Assembly: GCA_964407715.1 (NCBI GenBank) | Contig: CAYOWP010000010.1 | Span: 1-43,896, forward strand | Length of the DNA: 43,896 nt | Direction: 5' to 3' | Source of the DNA: an uncultured archaeon | GTDB lineage: Archaea > EX4484-52 > JAADEF01 | Shown: piece by piece, positions 1 to 9,250 of the stretch | Layout of the letters: each line of letters begins with the position of its first letter | Position numbering within the stretch: position 1 is the first letter of the stretch | The notes under the pieces: generated by a model | Database searches by the model: none | Told to the model about the DNA's origin: nothing | Seen by the model: the letters and a program-made list of their open reading frames with translations, nothing else | Program-made: the position numbers and the translations under genes

Positions 1-48
1 GTATATTTCATCATTCTCATGAGCGTATTTCTTCTTTAACCACTTCAT
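1..48 (-). CDS. 5' fragment of a CDS running off the window edge (MKWLKKKYAHENDEIY...)
   Basis: ATG at 48-46, open to the window edge, AT-rich promoter-like sequence upstream; too short to assign. Confidence 0.4.
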   Translation of the reverse strand, partial: MKWLKKKYAHENDEIY

Positions 49-98
49 AATTATATTTAAAGATATAATAAAAATTTTTTAAATAATACCAAAAATTT

Positions 99-245
99 CA
101 TTAACGTAAAGAATATCAAAGGTTATCTGCTTGGCAAAATCTCATAGATGTTACATACTTCAATATGTTCAATGAAAAGGTATATTTTCCCTTAACCATT
201 TTTATTAAAAAACATCTCTTTTCAGAAGGTTTTGGAGCAGCTAAA
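99..245. repeat. Degenerate copy and fragment of the modular palindromic repeat unit
   Basis: Ends AGGTATATTTTCCCTTAACC (to 197), compare GAGGTATGCTTCCCGTTAACC at 29735-29755; followed by GAAGGTTTTGGAGCAGCTAA, similar to 42142-42163. Confidence 0.55.
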
Positions 246-258
246 TATATAAATTTTA

Positions 259-999
259 TTAGAAAATTCTCTTTACTCCTGACTTTAATTTTTTTAGGAT
301 TCCACTTAAACCATAATCTTCCAACTTTTCTTGGCAGATATCCCTCTCCAATTTGAAAGGATCTGTTAACAACACAAAGTTACCACTAAAATAGACTTTC
401 TTAGGTATATCTGACTTCTCAACTGTGATTGCTTTATCAGGATCTCTAACTATCCCAAAATACCTCTCAGAGAAGATAATCATAATACGTGTTACTCGTT
501 TTTCTTCCCAATACGAAGGACGAAGTTTCCTTTTATTTAGCACATACCATATAGGATCGGATATATCAACTATATGTGTCTCACGTGGTGGTAATATCTC
601 TTTCTCACCATACATAAGATAAGCCATGATATTTCTCATATCTTGACCTTCTTCCTGTGAGAGTTCTTTATATTTATATGTGATTTCACTGTATACTTCT
701 TCTAATATCCTTTTAAATTTCCTGTAATTATTTGGTATTCTCATATCTGGTATCCTTTCATTTTCTTTATATAATTCCTCACCTACTTTTATTATTCCCT
801 TCTTTTTCTTCTCGAGAAGTGAAGAAGCAATACTCTTTATTTGTGATTTATATTCATCAAAATTTTCTCTATATTTATCTTTACGTAATTTTTCTAAATC
901 CTCCTCATCCCACTTAGCTATGAATAGATATAATCCCATCAACTTTTCCTCGATGTTCTTTTCCAAGTCTCCAATTCCGTCTAGCATTAGACTCATCAA
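259..999 (-). CDS. Hypothetical protein (246 aa, charged, soluble)
   Basis: Long ORF with genome-typical K/E/I-rich composition and GGTGA RBS upstream; no recognised motif. Confidence 0.75.
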   Translation of the reverse strand: MMSLMLDGIGDLEKNIEEKLMGLYLFIAKWDEEDLEKLRKDKYRENFDEYKSQIKSIASSLLEKKKKGIIKVGEELYKENERIPDMRIPNNYRKFKRILEEVYSEITYKYKELSQEEGQDMRNIMAYLMYGEKEILPPRETHIVDISDPIWYVLNKRKLRPSYWEEKRVTRIMIIFSERYFGIVRDPDKAITVEKSDIPKKVYFSGNFVLLTDPFKLERDICQEKLEDYGLSGILKKLKSGVKRIF

Positions 1000-1094
1000 A
1001 TCACCTTTTAACCTAGACCTTGCAAAAGAGCTTTTATGATAAATTTTTATTTTAAAGTAATATTTTTAAAATTTTATTTTTGATTGTATCAAAA

Positions 1095-1369
1095 GGTATT
1101 GTCCAATAATTCTCTATTGTTAAGCGGAAAGATAACCTCTTAAAGAAGCGTGTTAGAGCAGCTACCCTTTTGAATAGGGCTATGCTTCCTGTTAACCAAT
1201 TATTTTGAATGGATAAAAATTGTTAACAGGAAGAATTCGCTATCACTACAGGTTCCGTAGCATGCTAACCTCTCAAAAGGGTTAGCTGCTCTACCGCTGC
1301 TCATTTACTGGGTATGCTTCCGCTTAACCATTCTTATTAAAGAAATCTTTAACATTATTGGAGAATAAT
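1095..1369. mobile_element. MITE-like element carrying two palindromic units (about 80 and 109 bp)
   Basis: Left TIR GGTATTGTCCAATAAT at 1095, degenerate right TIR ATTATTGGAGAATAAT; units at 1118-1197 and 1221-1329. Confidence 0.7.
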
Positions 1370-1426
1370 TTCTGTATAAGATACTTAGCTTAACCACATC
1401 TCGAACTGCATCATAAACTTCTCTAA

Positions 1427-1561
1427 TTATCTTCCTTCGTGGTGATCTCCTTTAAAAAAATAATAAAACCACAGAAACCATAAAAACCACAATAACCAGA
1501 TATAATCTCCTGTTCTAAATGCATTAAATCCAAGAAAACCTTTTATTTTATCATTCCTCAT
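1427..1561 (-). CDS. Small Trp/Phe-rich membrane peptide (44 aa; below the ORF-track cutoff)
   Basis: Translates MRNDKIKGFLGFNAFRTGDYIWLLWFLWFLWFYYFFKGDHHEGR*; ATG 4 nt after the HerA stop with a GAGTGA RBS. Confidence 0.55.
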   Translation of the reverse strand: MRNDKIKGFLGFNAFRTGDYIWLLWFLWFLWFYYFFKGDHHEGR

Positions 1562-1565
1562 AATC

Positions 1566-3170
1566 TCACTCTATATCTAACTCATCGTCATATCCTTGTT
1601 TAAAAGCAGAAAAACTTTCTTTGGTTTCTTCAGTATTGGTGGAGATATGGCTATCTACTAATTCATCAAAGAAATGTACTCTTAATGGGATTGGGAATGG
1701 TGTGAATATAGACGTGATAATTGCCTCTCCTTTATTCAAGCTGGCAATTATTTTATCATCTTTCGATAAGTCCTGAGGTGATGAATTGATTATTATATTT
1801 CTCTCTTTTTGCATCTCAATACCAAGAATTATCTTTGTATTCATATTTGAGAGTATCTCATTCGGAATAAGAGATGGCAATTGGGTTATTGCTATCAATC
1901 CAATATTAAATTTTCTTCCTTCACGTGCAATAATTCCAAATATACTTCCTTCATTGGATAAAAGTACATTATTTAGCACTCGTGGAGCCTCCTCTAAAAC
2001 AATACCTATCTTGGCTTTTACATAAAGCTCATTTCTCTTTTTATAGTATTTGTACTTATCAAAGATACCATGCGAGAGCAAACTCATAACCAAAAGCTCT
2101 TCAGAGGATGTAAGCTCTGATGTATCAAGTACGACAATCTTCCCATTTTCTAAAGATGAAAGTATATCTTCAACAAATCTTTCTCCAACACCTTCTCTAA
2201 AGATGCTGTTATATATTAAGATAGCATTTCCCCTATCATCCTTATTTAATGCTATGTTGAGATGAAACATTAATTTCCTTCTTAACACATCGCATGTCTC
2301 TCGCTTAACTCCTTTCTCAACAAGCTTTTTTATAAACTCCTCATTCATAATCAATTCTTTAATCCATTCCTTATTCCTTTCCTGATATGCCAAATACATT
2401 GCCTGCATCTGAGGCTCACTAAAATTGAACACACTTAAAAAATGATGAGGTTTAAGGAGAGAAATATCAACAAGTAAGCGATGTGAATTTGCAAAAAAGG
2501 ATTTATTTGTTGAGGAATAATATAAAAGATTTGTTTGGGCATTAGGATGTGCAGCCAGGCTGTACTTGGTTGGTGTTACATATTCATCATGAGGATCCAT
2601 AACCAACAATCCTACATTATTTGAATACATCATTTTCCAAAGTAGAACTCGTAAAAGGTTGCTTTTTCCTCTCCCTGTAGTTGCAGCTATTAATATGTGA
2701 TGATTAATAGCCTCGTTGATATCAAAGGGAATAGGTACTTTTAATACCTCACTACCAGATCTCAACATGCCTATATCCAATCCTTCACCAACAATCTCAA
2801 CAATTTTCTTACCAATCTCATCATCTATCTTATATACCTCTGTAAATATCTTAGGCAAGCTCTTCACAAAACTGTAGTCCTTTGAATCAAGTAAAATCTC
2901 AACCAAAGGTTTGGCATATAACACCTCATAGTATCTTTGATCCCTATCATATATCTCAATATCATTATAGGTATCAAGATTATATGCACAGAACTCAATA
3001 TCCTTAGAGCTCATCATACTTCTATGCTCAATATCATATATTTGATATAAAAAGATTTTCCTATCATTAGGTATACAGATTATTTCCCCTATATCCGCTT
3101 TGACGTGAGGTATCTTTCTAATCTCAATTCCCTCCATGCTCCCATGAATCACTCTGCCAATCTTTTTCAT
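1566..3170 (-). CDS. herA: HerA-family (FtsK/HerA) ATPase/DNA translocase
   Basis: N-terminal HAS-barrel-like region, Walker A ATTGRGKS, DPHDEY, Walker B IVLEEA, AREGRKF, TQLP; start moved to ATG 3170 after GGTGA. Confidence 0.85.
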   Translation of the reverse strand: MKKIGRVIHGSMEGIEIRKIPHVKADIGEIICIPNDRKIFLYQIYDIEHRSMMSSKDIEFCAYNLDTYNDIEIYDRDQRYYEVLYAKPLVEILLDSKDYSFVKSLPKIFTEVYKIDDEIGKKIVEIVGEGLDIGMLRSGSEVLKVPIPFDINEAINHHILIAATTGRGKSNLLRVLLWKMMYSNNVGLLVMDPHDEYVTPTKYSLAAHPNAQTNLLYYSSTNKSFFANSHRLLVDISLLKPHHFLSVFNFSEPQMQAMYLAYQERNKEWIKELIMNEEFIKKLVEKGVKRETCDVLRRKLMFHLNIALNKDDRGNAILIYNSIFREGVGERFVEDILSSLENGKIVVLDTSELTSSEELLVMSLLSHGIFDKYKYYKKRNELYVKAKIGIVLEEAPRVLNNVLLSNEGSIFGIIAREGRKFNIGLIAITQLPSLIPNEILSNMNTKIILGIEMQKERNIIINSSPQDLSKDDKIIASLNKGEAIITSIFTPFPIPLRVHFFDELVDSHISTNTEETKESFSAFKQGYDDELDIE

Positions 3171-3178
3171 AAGAAAAA

Positions 3179-4459
3179 TCACCATCCCAATCCTTCATAA
3201 TACCTTGCAAATTTACCTGTAATTGTTTTTCTTCCATCAAATACTATCTTATCCCTATAAAAATTCTCATCTTTATATTCATCCCACTCTGTAACAATAA
3301 CAACAATATCCGCTTTTCTCAAACATTTATCTAACTCTGGGACATATTCAACCTTAACATTCTGAAACTCTCTCTTAGCATTCTCAATAGCAATGGGATC
3401 ATGTGCATATATCTTCTTTACCCCTTCATTTAATAATCTTCTGATTAGCAGCAACCCTCTGCTCTCTCTAATATCATCAGTATTGGGCTTAAAAGCCAAT
3501 CCCAACACAATTATCTCTTTATCCTTGAGTGTTCCCAAATAGGATTTCATTAATAAAATCATCTCATCTATCTGTGTATCATTAATCCTTAATATATCCT
3601 CCCACAATGAGTTATCTACTTCTAATTGTTTAGTGAAGTAAGACAAAGCCTTTACATCCTTAGGAAAACAACTACCACCAAATCCTAATCCTGCATTTAA
3701 GAAATCCCTTCCTATTCTTTTATCCATTCCAACCGCATCCATAACCTCATACACATCTATATTCAATCTCTTTGTTAATCTTCCAACAAGATTAGCAAAA
3801 GAAATCTTCATTGAAAGAAATGCATTGCTTGCATATTTTACAAGTTCAGCTGCTCTTATGCTCATAAAGAGAATCCTTTCAGGTGGTGCAAAATCTTTAT
3901 ACAAGTCATATAAAACCCTTTTAACCTCTTCATCCTCACATCCTATCACGATTCTATCTGGATTTAGCACATCATATAATGCCATTCCCTCCCTCAAAAA
4001 TTCCGGATTCATTGCAAATAAAACGTTCTTATTTTTAGATATCTCATAAATGATTTTCTTTACCACATTTTCGGTTGTTCCCGGTAGTACAGTAGATTTC
4101 ATAACAACAATATGTTTTTTTCCGTTTTTAAGAGCCTCACCAATAGATTTAGATGATTCTTTTATAAACCTCAAATCCACTTTCCCTTCCTCATCAGTAG
4201 GAGTGGGCACACATATGAAAGAGATATCTGTATTATTAACTGCATATTCATAATCCTTAGTTGCTTCAATTAATCCTTTGGCATGAACCTTTTTCATAGC
4301 CTCTTCCAATCCCTCCTCATAGATATGAGGTATTCCTTTATTTATCATATCTATTTTTTTATCGCTTACACCAACAAAGATTACCTTATGCCCTTTTAGA
4401 GCAAAGCCAATTCCTGTTGTTAACCCTACATATCCAGGACCCATAATGCTTATTCTCAT
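3179..4459 (-). CDS. UDP-glucose/GDP-mannose dehydrogenase family protein
   Basis: GPGYVG, ICVPTP, KSTVLPGT, NPEFLREG, GFGGSCFPKD, GLAFKPNTDDIRES; start at ATG 4459 after GGGGTGA. Confidence 0.93.
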   Translation of the reverse strand: MRISIMGPGYVGLTTGIGFALKGHKVIFVGVSDKKIDMINKGIPHIYEEGLEEAMKKVHAKGLIEATKDYEYAVNNTDISFICVPTPTDEEGKVDLRFIKESSKSIGEALKNGKKHIVVMKSTVLPGTTENVVKKIIYEISKNKNVLFAMNPEFLREGMALYDVLNPDRIVIGCEDEEVKRVLYDLYKDFAPPERILFMSIRAAELVKYASNAFLSMKISFANLVGRLTKRLNIDVYEVMDAVGMDKRIGRDFLNAGLGFGGSCFPKDVKALSYFTKQLEVDNSLWEDILRINDTQIDEMILLMKSYLGTLKDKEIIVLGLAFKPNTDDIRESRGLLLIRRLLNEGVKKIYAHDPIAIENAKREFQNVKVEYVPELDKCLRKADIVVIVTEWDEYKDENFYRDKIVFDGRKTITGKFARYYEGLGW

Positions 4460-4473
4460 ATTTATCTCACCCC

Positions 4474-5649
4474 TCATCTTTCCGTAAATATGTCCTCAAA
4501 GGATATCTCCCACATCTTTTTAGCAAGCTTACCATCATACAAATACTTATCAACTTTATCTCTTATCTTCTCCCTTTTATTTCTATGATTTTCAAGGAAA
4601 ACATTGATTTTCTCTATTAAATATTTCTTAAGCTCTCCTGTCAACAACTCCCCCTTTGAATATTTCTCCCTTATCTCCAAGATTTTATCATCATCTTCCT
4701 CAAAAAATATATATAACCATTGATAACTCACATCTATATCCGGATTGCCACCATATCTCCTATGAAGTTCTATTGTTGGCTGCCCACCTGAAAATGCATA
4801 TCTCATTATTTTCCTTTCCACATCATCAGGAGCATCATCAAGAAAAATAGCTCCCTCTGGTTTTGAAGTGCTCATTTTACTGTCAATCCCTGTTAAAGGA
4901 GGCAAAAAGATGCTGTGAATTATTGATGCCTTATGATACCCAAATTTTTCTGCAATATCACGCTGTATTCTCCAATATGGATCTTGATCTATTGCACATG
5001 GTATTAAGCATCTTTTCCTTTCAAAAAAAGTTGGAACTATCTGCAAAGAAGGATAAAAAATAAGACCTATGTTTGTGGTTGTATCAAAACCAAATACTGC
5101 TCGTGCCATAGAGAGGTTTATATGTTTTGAAACCTTTAGTGCTAATGGGTAAAGATGTTTTATATACTCGCTATCCTTAAAGATAAATGTCTTATTTGGA
5201 TCAAAACCTACAGCTGCTATATCCAATATATTCTCATCCGCATATTTCTCGATATCCTTCCATTTAGCATCTTTACTATACACATATTTTTCGTCATCGG
5301 TTATCTCAATATATACATTAACATCAAAAATGTCCTGAAGCCATTTTGTAAATAAAATGGGAAGTAAATGGCCTATATGCATCTTACCTGACGGGCCTCT
5401 ACCTGTATAAAGAAAGAAGCCTTTGCCCTTATCATAATCATCCAAGACCTTATCTAAATCTCTATGAGAAAAAAACACATTTCTTCTTAAAAGAACATGA
5501 AGAGCATTTGCATATTTCAAAAATCTCTTTTTTAAGTTTTCGGTTATATATTGAGTTCCAAACTCCTTAACCAATCTATCATAGTTAACTTTTCCTTCAA
5601 CTTCCCAAGGAGTTATCTTAAAAGAAACATCCTTCTCATTTTTTATCAT
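4474..5649 (-). CDS. trpS: Tryptophanyl-tRNA synthetase (archaeal type)
   Basis: TPWEV, YTGRGPS, HIGH, AIDQDPY, KMSTS, AFSGG. Confidence 0.97.
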   Translation of the reverse strand: MIKNEKDVSFKITPWEVEGKVNYDRLVKEFGTQYITENLKKRFLKYANALHVLLRRNVFFSHRDLDKVLDDYDKGKGFFLYTGRGPSGKMHIGHLLPILFTKWLQDIFDVNVYIEITDDEKYVYSKDAKWKDIEKYADENILDIAAVGFDPNKTFIFKDSEYIKHLYPLALKVSKHINLSMARAVFGFDTTTNIGLIFYPSLQIVPTFFERKRCLIPCAIDQDPYWRIQRDIAEKFGYHKASIIHSIFLPPLTGIDSKMSTSKPEGAIFLDDAPDDVERKIMRYAFSGGQPTIELHRRYGGNPDIDVSYQWLYIFFEEDDDKILEIREKYSKGELLTGELKKYLIEKINVFLENHRNKREKIRDKVDKYLYDGKLAKKMWEISFEDIFTER

Positions 5650-5700
5650 AAAAATAAAAATAAAAACACATACATTTTTAAAAAGTATTCTTTCTTAGAA

Positions 5701-5837
5701 GGTATTGTCCAATAATATATTTTGAGAAATTTGGTTAACGGAAAGCATAGCCCTATTCAAAAGGGTTAACTGCTCTCATGCGCTTCTGTGAGAGGTTATG
5801 TTTCCGCTTAACAAATAGAGAATTATTGGACAATATC
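5701..5837. mobile_element. MITE-like element carrying one 81-bp palindromic unit
   Basis: GGTATTGTCCAATAAT ... ATTATTGGACAATATC terminal inverted repeats; unit 5733-5813 nearly identical to 13320-13400. Confidence 0.8.
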
Positions 5838-5855
5838 AGTTATCAACATTACTAT

Positions 5856-5904
5856 GTAGCAGTTAACCTTATTGAGAGGATAACATGCTCTAAACCTTTT
5901 AACC
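5856..5904. repeat. Truncated palindromic unit core next to the MITE
   Basis: GTAGCAGTTAACCTTATTGAGAGGATAACATGCTCTAAACC resembles the GCAGCTAACC-N9-GGTTAGC core plus arm. Confidence 0.55.
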
Positions 5905-5908
5905 AAAA

Positions 5909-6844
5909 TCAAAACTTAAAACCAAAAAAATGAACTTTATCCAAAAAATACGCGGTAATCTCGCTTTGTGCAATGAATACTTTATCAGAAGGATAATATA
6001 ATACAGGATAACTATATAGAGCACCAACTTTTACCAATTCATTCAATGCCTTTGTTTTCATAAATCCATGCAATGAATTGAGCCATCTTTTTGCAAAGGG
6101 CAATCCATTGCCATACTTTTTCTTAATTTCATTCCACAATATATTTGATAGGCGATCCCTAACATGAGCATTTTGGTTTGAGATCTCATATATCTCTATC
6201 CTTGGATGATCCTTAACAATAATATTTGATGATGTTGATGCTATAAATGGCTCTATAGCAATCATATCTCCATATGAGATTTCATATGAGAGATCATTCT
6301 TTATGTTTGGTATTGAAATACCTCCATGAATCATATATCTTCCCAATGAATGTCCTGTGAGATTTGCCACAATACCTTTTTCTTCCCTACTCACAATACT
6401 TTCAATTATCTCACCAATTTCATTAATCCTCATACCAATATGCAAGGCTTTTTTGACCTCTCTAATGATTTTCTCTGAGATTTCTTTTATTATTTTTCCC
6501 TCTTCATTCTCTCCTACAATATATGTTTTAGCACTATCAATAATATAACCATCAAAATGAACCCCTATATCAACCTTAACAACATCACCATTTTTAAAAC
6601 ATCTTCCATCATTTTCCATTGCAGTATCATGTGCAGCAATATTGTTTATGGAGAGATTGAATGGAAATGCTAATCCCAAATCCTTTTCAAGAATCATATT
6701 TTCAACACTCTCAACTACATATAAAATGGACTCTCCTTCTTTGATATGTTCTTTTAAAAAGGAATCTATTTCCACATACACTTTTTCAGCTTCTTTTAAT
6801 TTATCTATTATCTCATTGGATATTTTTCCTTTCTCTGTTACCAC
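5909..6844 (-). CDS. map: Methionine aminopeptidase type II
   Basis: AFP.N.S.N..AAH, KVDIGVHFDGYIIDSA, LTGH, AIEPF, QSE metal ligands; overlaps the metG stop. Confidence 0.93.
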   Translation of the reverse strand: MVTEKGKISNEIIDKLKEAEKVYVEIDSFLKEHIKEGESILYVVESVENMILEKDLGLAFPFNLSINNIAAHDTAMENDGRCFKNGDVVKVDIGVHFDGYIIDSAKTYIVGENEEGKIIKEISEKIIREVKKALHIGMRINEIGEIIESIVSREEKGIVANLTGHSLGRYMIHGGISIPNIKNDLSYEISYGDMIAIEPFIASTSSNIIVKDHPRIEIYEISNQNAHVRDRLSNILWNEIKKKYGNGLPFAKRWLNSLHGFMKTKALNELVKVGALYSYPVLYYPSDKVFIAQSEITAYFLDKVHFFGFKF

Positions 6845-8922
6845 AATTTTACACCATCCTCTATATATTTTGCTCTATCTATTTTTATCTCCTCTTCTTT
6901 TGCAGCACTTCGTGCAATTAATTTATATCCTTTATAATAAACAAAATCTCCATTTTTAATCAACTCTATTTTTCTGAATTCCTCTATATCAATGATTTCT
7001 TTTGGTTTTTTAACCACTCCTTTTATAATTACATCACTTCCAGGAGTGATAAGCGGATCCTCAACAATCGCAATACCTAAGATATCACCATTTTTGGAAG
7101 ATGCTGCTAATAGCATTCCCTCGCTTTCATATCCCATTATCTTAGCTTTCTTTAGATTATTCACAAACACAACTCTTTTACCAACAAGCTCATCCGCGGA
7201 ATAATATCTCTTTATTCCTGCAACAATCCTTTTGTCTTTTTTATCTCCAACATCAAGCGTAATATAATATAGCTTCTCGCTTTGCTTAATATCCTCAACT
7301 TCCTTTATTAGCCCTATCTTAAGATCAACACTACTAAACATATCCCCTCCTGATGCAAGTAAGAATAATTTCTCATCAATCTTATCAACCAAGATTTTTG
7401 CTTCTTTCACTTTATCTTTTACTTTTAATCTCGTATAATCACTCCTTTCCAATCCGACAACATCATAGAATTTATTCACCATCTTTGGTAAGTAAGGTTC
7501 CAAAAGAGCAAATAACACAGAGATCTCCTCAAACAACTCATCTATCTTGTCCTCATCCCTTTTTTCCTTGATTAGTCTCCAAGGCTCATATGTGTTGAAC
7601 TTTTCATTTAATCTCACAGCAAATTCCAATATCTTTTCCAAAGCGCCTTTAATTGCATATTTTTCCAATAACACATCAATCTCTTTGAATATATCATAGC
7701 GAGAGAGATCAATATCTCTCTTAAATTTATATGTCTCCATCTTATTGGCTATTTTCATCATTCTGTATCCCAAATTTGCTATGATGCCTATTAATTCCTT
7801 GTTAACCTTATCCTTAAATGCGTCATATGAGAAGTCACCATCATCTATATTATCAGGGATACTTCTTGCAAAGTAATATCTAATATGTGTAGAATCAAAA
7901 AATTCCTCTAAATCTCTCAGATAAACAAAATTACCTCTTGTCTTGCTCATTTTCTTTTTATTTAATGTTAAATACCCTCTCACAGGCATGGCATCGGGTA
8001 GGGAGTAATCTCCTGCTATCAACATGGCTATCCAATAGATATAGTGAAAATAAATGATATCCTTACCCATAAAATGTACAATCTTTGTGTTTTTATCTTT
8101 CCACCACTCTATGAGATTGCTGTTGTATGAGGTGGTTGATGCGATGTATCCGAATGGAGCATCGACCCATACATAGAAATACTTATTTTTCTTATCTGGA
8201 ACAGGAAAACCAAAATAAGGGGCATCTCGTGTGATATCAATATCCCTTAAACCATCTTTAATCCATGAAAGCGCATAATTCTTTGCATCTTCTTGCAATT
8301 GCGATTTCTTTAGATATTCCTCAATGTCCTTTTGTAACTTACTAAGAGCAAAAAACAAATGAGTTGTTTTTTTGATAACAGGTGTGCTATTACATAATAT
8401 GCATCTTGGGTTCAATAAATCCTTAGCGGTATATGTTCTACCACAAACCTCGCACACATCACCGTATTGATCCTCTGCCCCACAAAAAGGACATGTTCCC
8501 TTAACAAACCTATCTGGTAGAAATCTATTGCATCTCTCACAAAACAAAGCGGTCATTTCTTTTTCATATATTAAACCTTTTTGTTTGGCTTTTTTATAGA
8601 ATTCATATACCAACTTTTTGTTCTCCTTTGAGTGAGTATAATAAAAATTATCAAATATAATTTCCAATCTCTCCAAATCCTCTTTATGCTCCTTCCTGAA
8701 AATCTTAACGAAATCTTTTGGATGTAAGTTATGTTTTATAGCATTAAGCTCTATTGGAGTACCATGCTCATCTGTGGCAGAGATAAAAACCACATTTTCT
8801 TTGCCATACTTGAGTTTTAAGAATCTTGCATAAATATCTGCAGGTAAAAATGTGGATGCAATGTGTCCAAGATGTAAGAAGCCATTAGCATAAGGTAATG
8901 CAGCAGTGACTATTATTCGCAT
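6838..8922 (-). CDS. metG: Methionyl-tRNA synthetase with C-terminal tRNA-binding (Trbp111/EMAP-like) domain
   Basis: ALPYANG.LHLGH, DEHGTPI, four CxxC Zn knuckles, YVWVDA, GKDI, KMSKT, C-terminal ESEGMLLAA. Confidence 0.97.
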   Translation of the reverse strand: MRIIVTAALPYANGFLHLGHIASTFLPADIYARFLKLKYGKENVVFISATDEHGTPIELNAIKHNLHPKDFVKIFRKEHKEDLERLEIIFDNFYYTHSKENKKLVYEFYKKAKQKGLIYEKEMTALFCERCNRFLPDRFVKGTCPFCGAEDQYGDVCEVCGRTYTAKDLLNPRCILCNSTPVIKKTTHLFFALSKLQKDIEEYLKKSQLQEDAKNYALSWIKDGLRDIDITRDAPYFGFPVPDKKNKYFYVWVDAPFGYIASTTSYNSNLIEWWKDKNTKIVHFMGKDIIYFHYIYWIAMLIAGDYSLPDAMPVRGYLTLNKKKMSKTRGNFVYLRDLEEFFDSTHIRYYFARSIPDNIDDGDFSYDAFKDKVNKELIGIIANLGYRMMKIANKMETYKFKRDIDLSRYDIFKEIDVLLEKYAIKGALEKILEFAVRLNEKFNTYEPWRLIKEKRDEDKIDELFEEISVLFALLEPYLPKMVNKFYDVVGLERSDYTRLKVKDKVKEAKILVDKIDEKLFLLASGGDMFSSVDLKIGLIKEVEDIKQSEKLYYITLDVGDKKDKRIVAGIKRYYSADELVGKRVVFVNNLKKAKIMGYESEGMLLAASSKNGDILGIAIVEDPLITPGSDVIIKGVVKKPKEIIDIEEFRKIELIKNGDFVYYKGYKLIARSAAKEEEIKIDRAKYIEDGVKLW

Positions 8923-8956
8923 AGACTCACCAAAATAATTAAGATGTTAATTATGA

Positions 8957-9080
8957 TCCCGCCGCCCGGATTCGAACCGGGGACAATGCGGTATCTGTTG
9001 ATATATGGTAGAGCACCACCAATCCTCTCCATTGGAGAGGATCTACAGCCGCACGCTCTACCAGGCTGAGCTACGGCGGG
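8957..9080 (-). tRNA. tRNA-Tyr(GTA) with 50-nt intron at canonical 37/38 (intron 8993-9042)
   Basis: Reverse complement CCCGCCGTAGCTCAGCCTGGTAGAGCGTGCGG-CT-GTA-G|intron|A-CCGCA...GGTTCGAATCCGGGCGGCGGG-A; BHB central helix CTGT/ACAG; CCA not encoded. Confidence 0.95.
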
Positions 9081-9250
9081 ATAATCATGAATAAATAAAA
9101 ATTATTTTAAAATTCTGAAAGACACAACATATTAAAATAATTAAGTGCCGAGTTAAATTTAAAAAATTATCTCTGGAGTTATATTTAAATATTTTCAGGA
9201 GTATATTGATTTTATGATATGATAATTTAAGCAATGAAGAGGTAGAGGAG

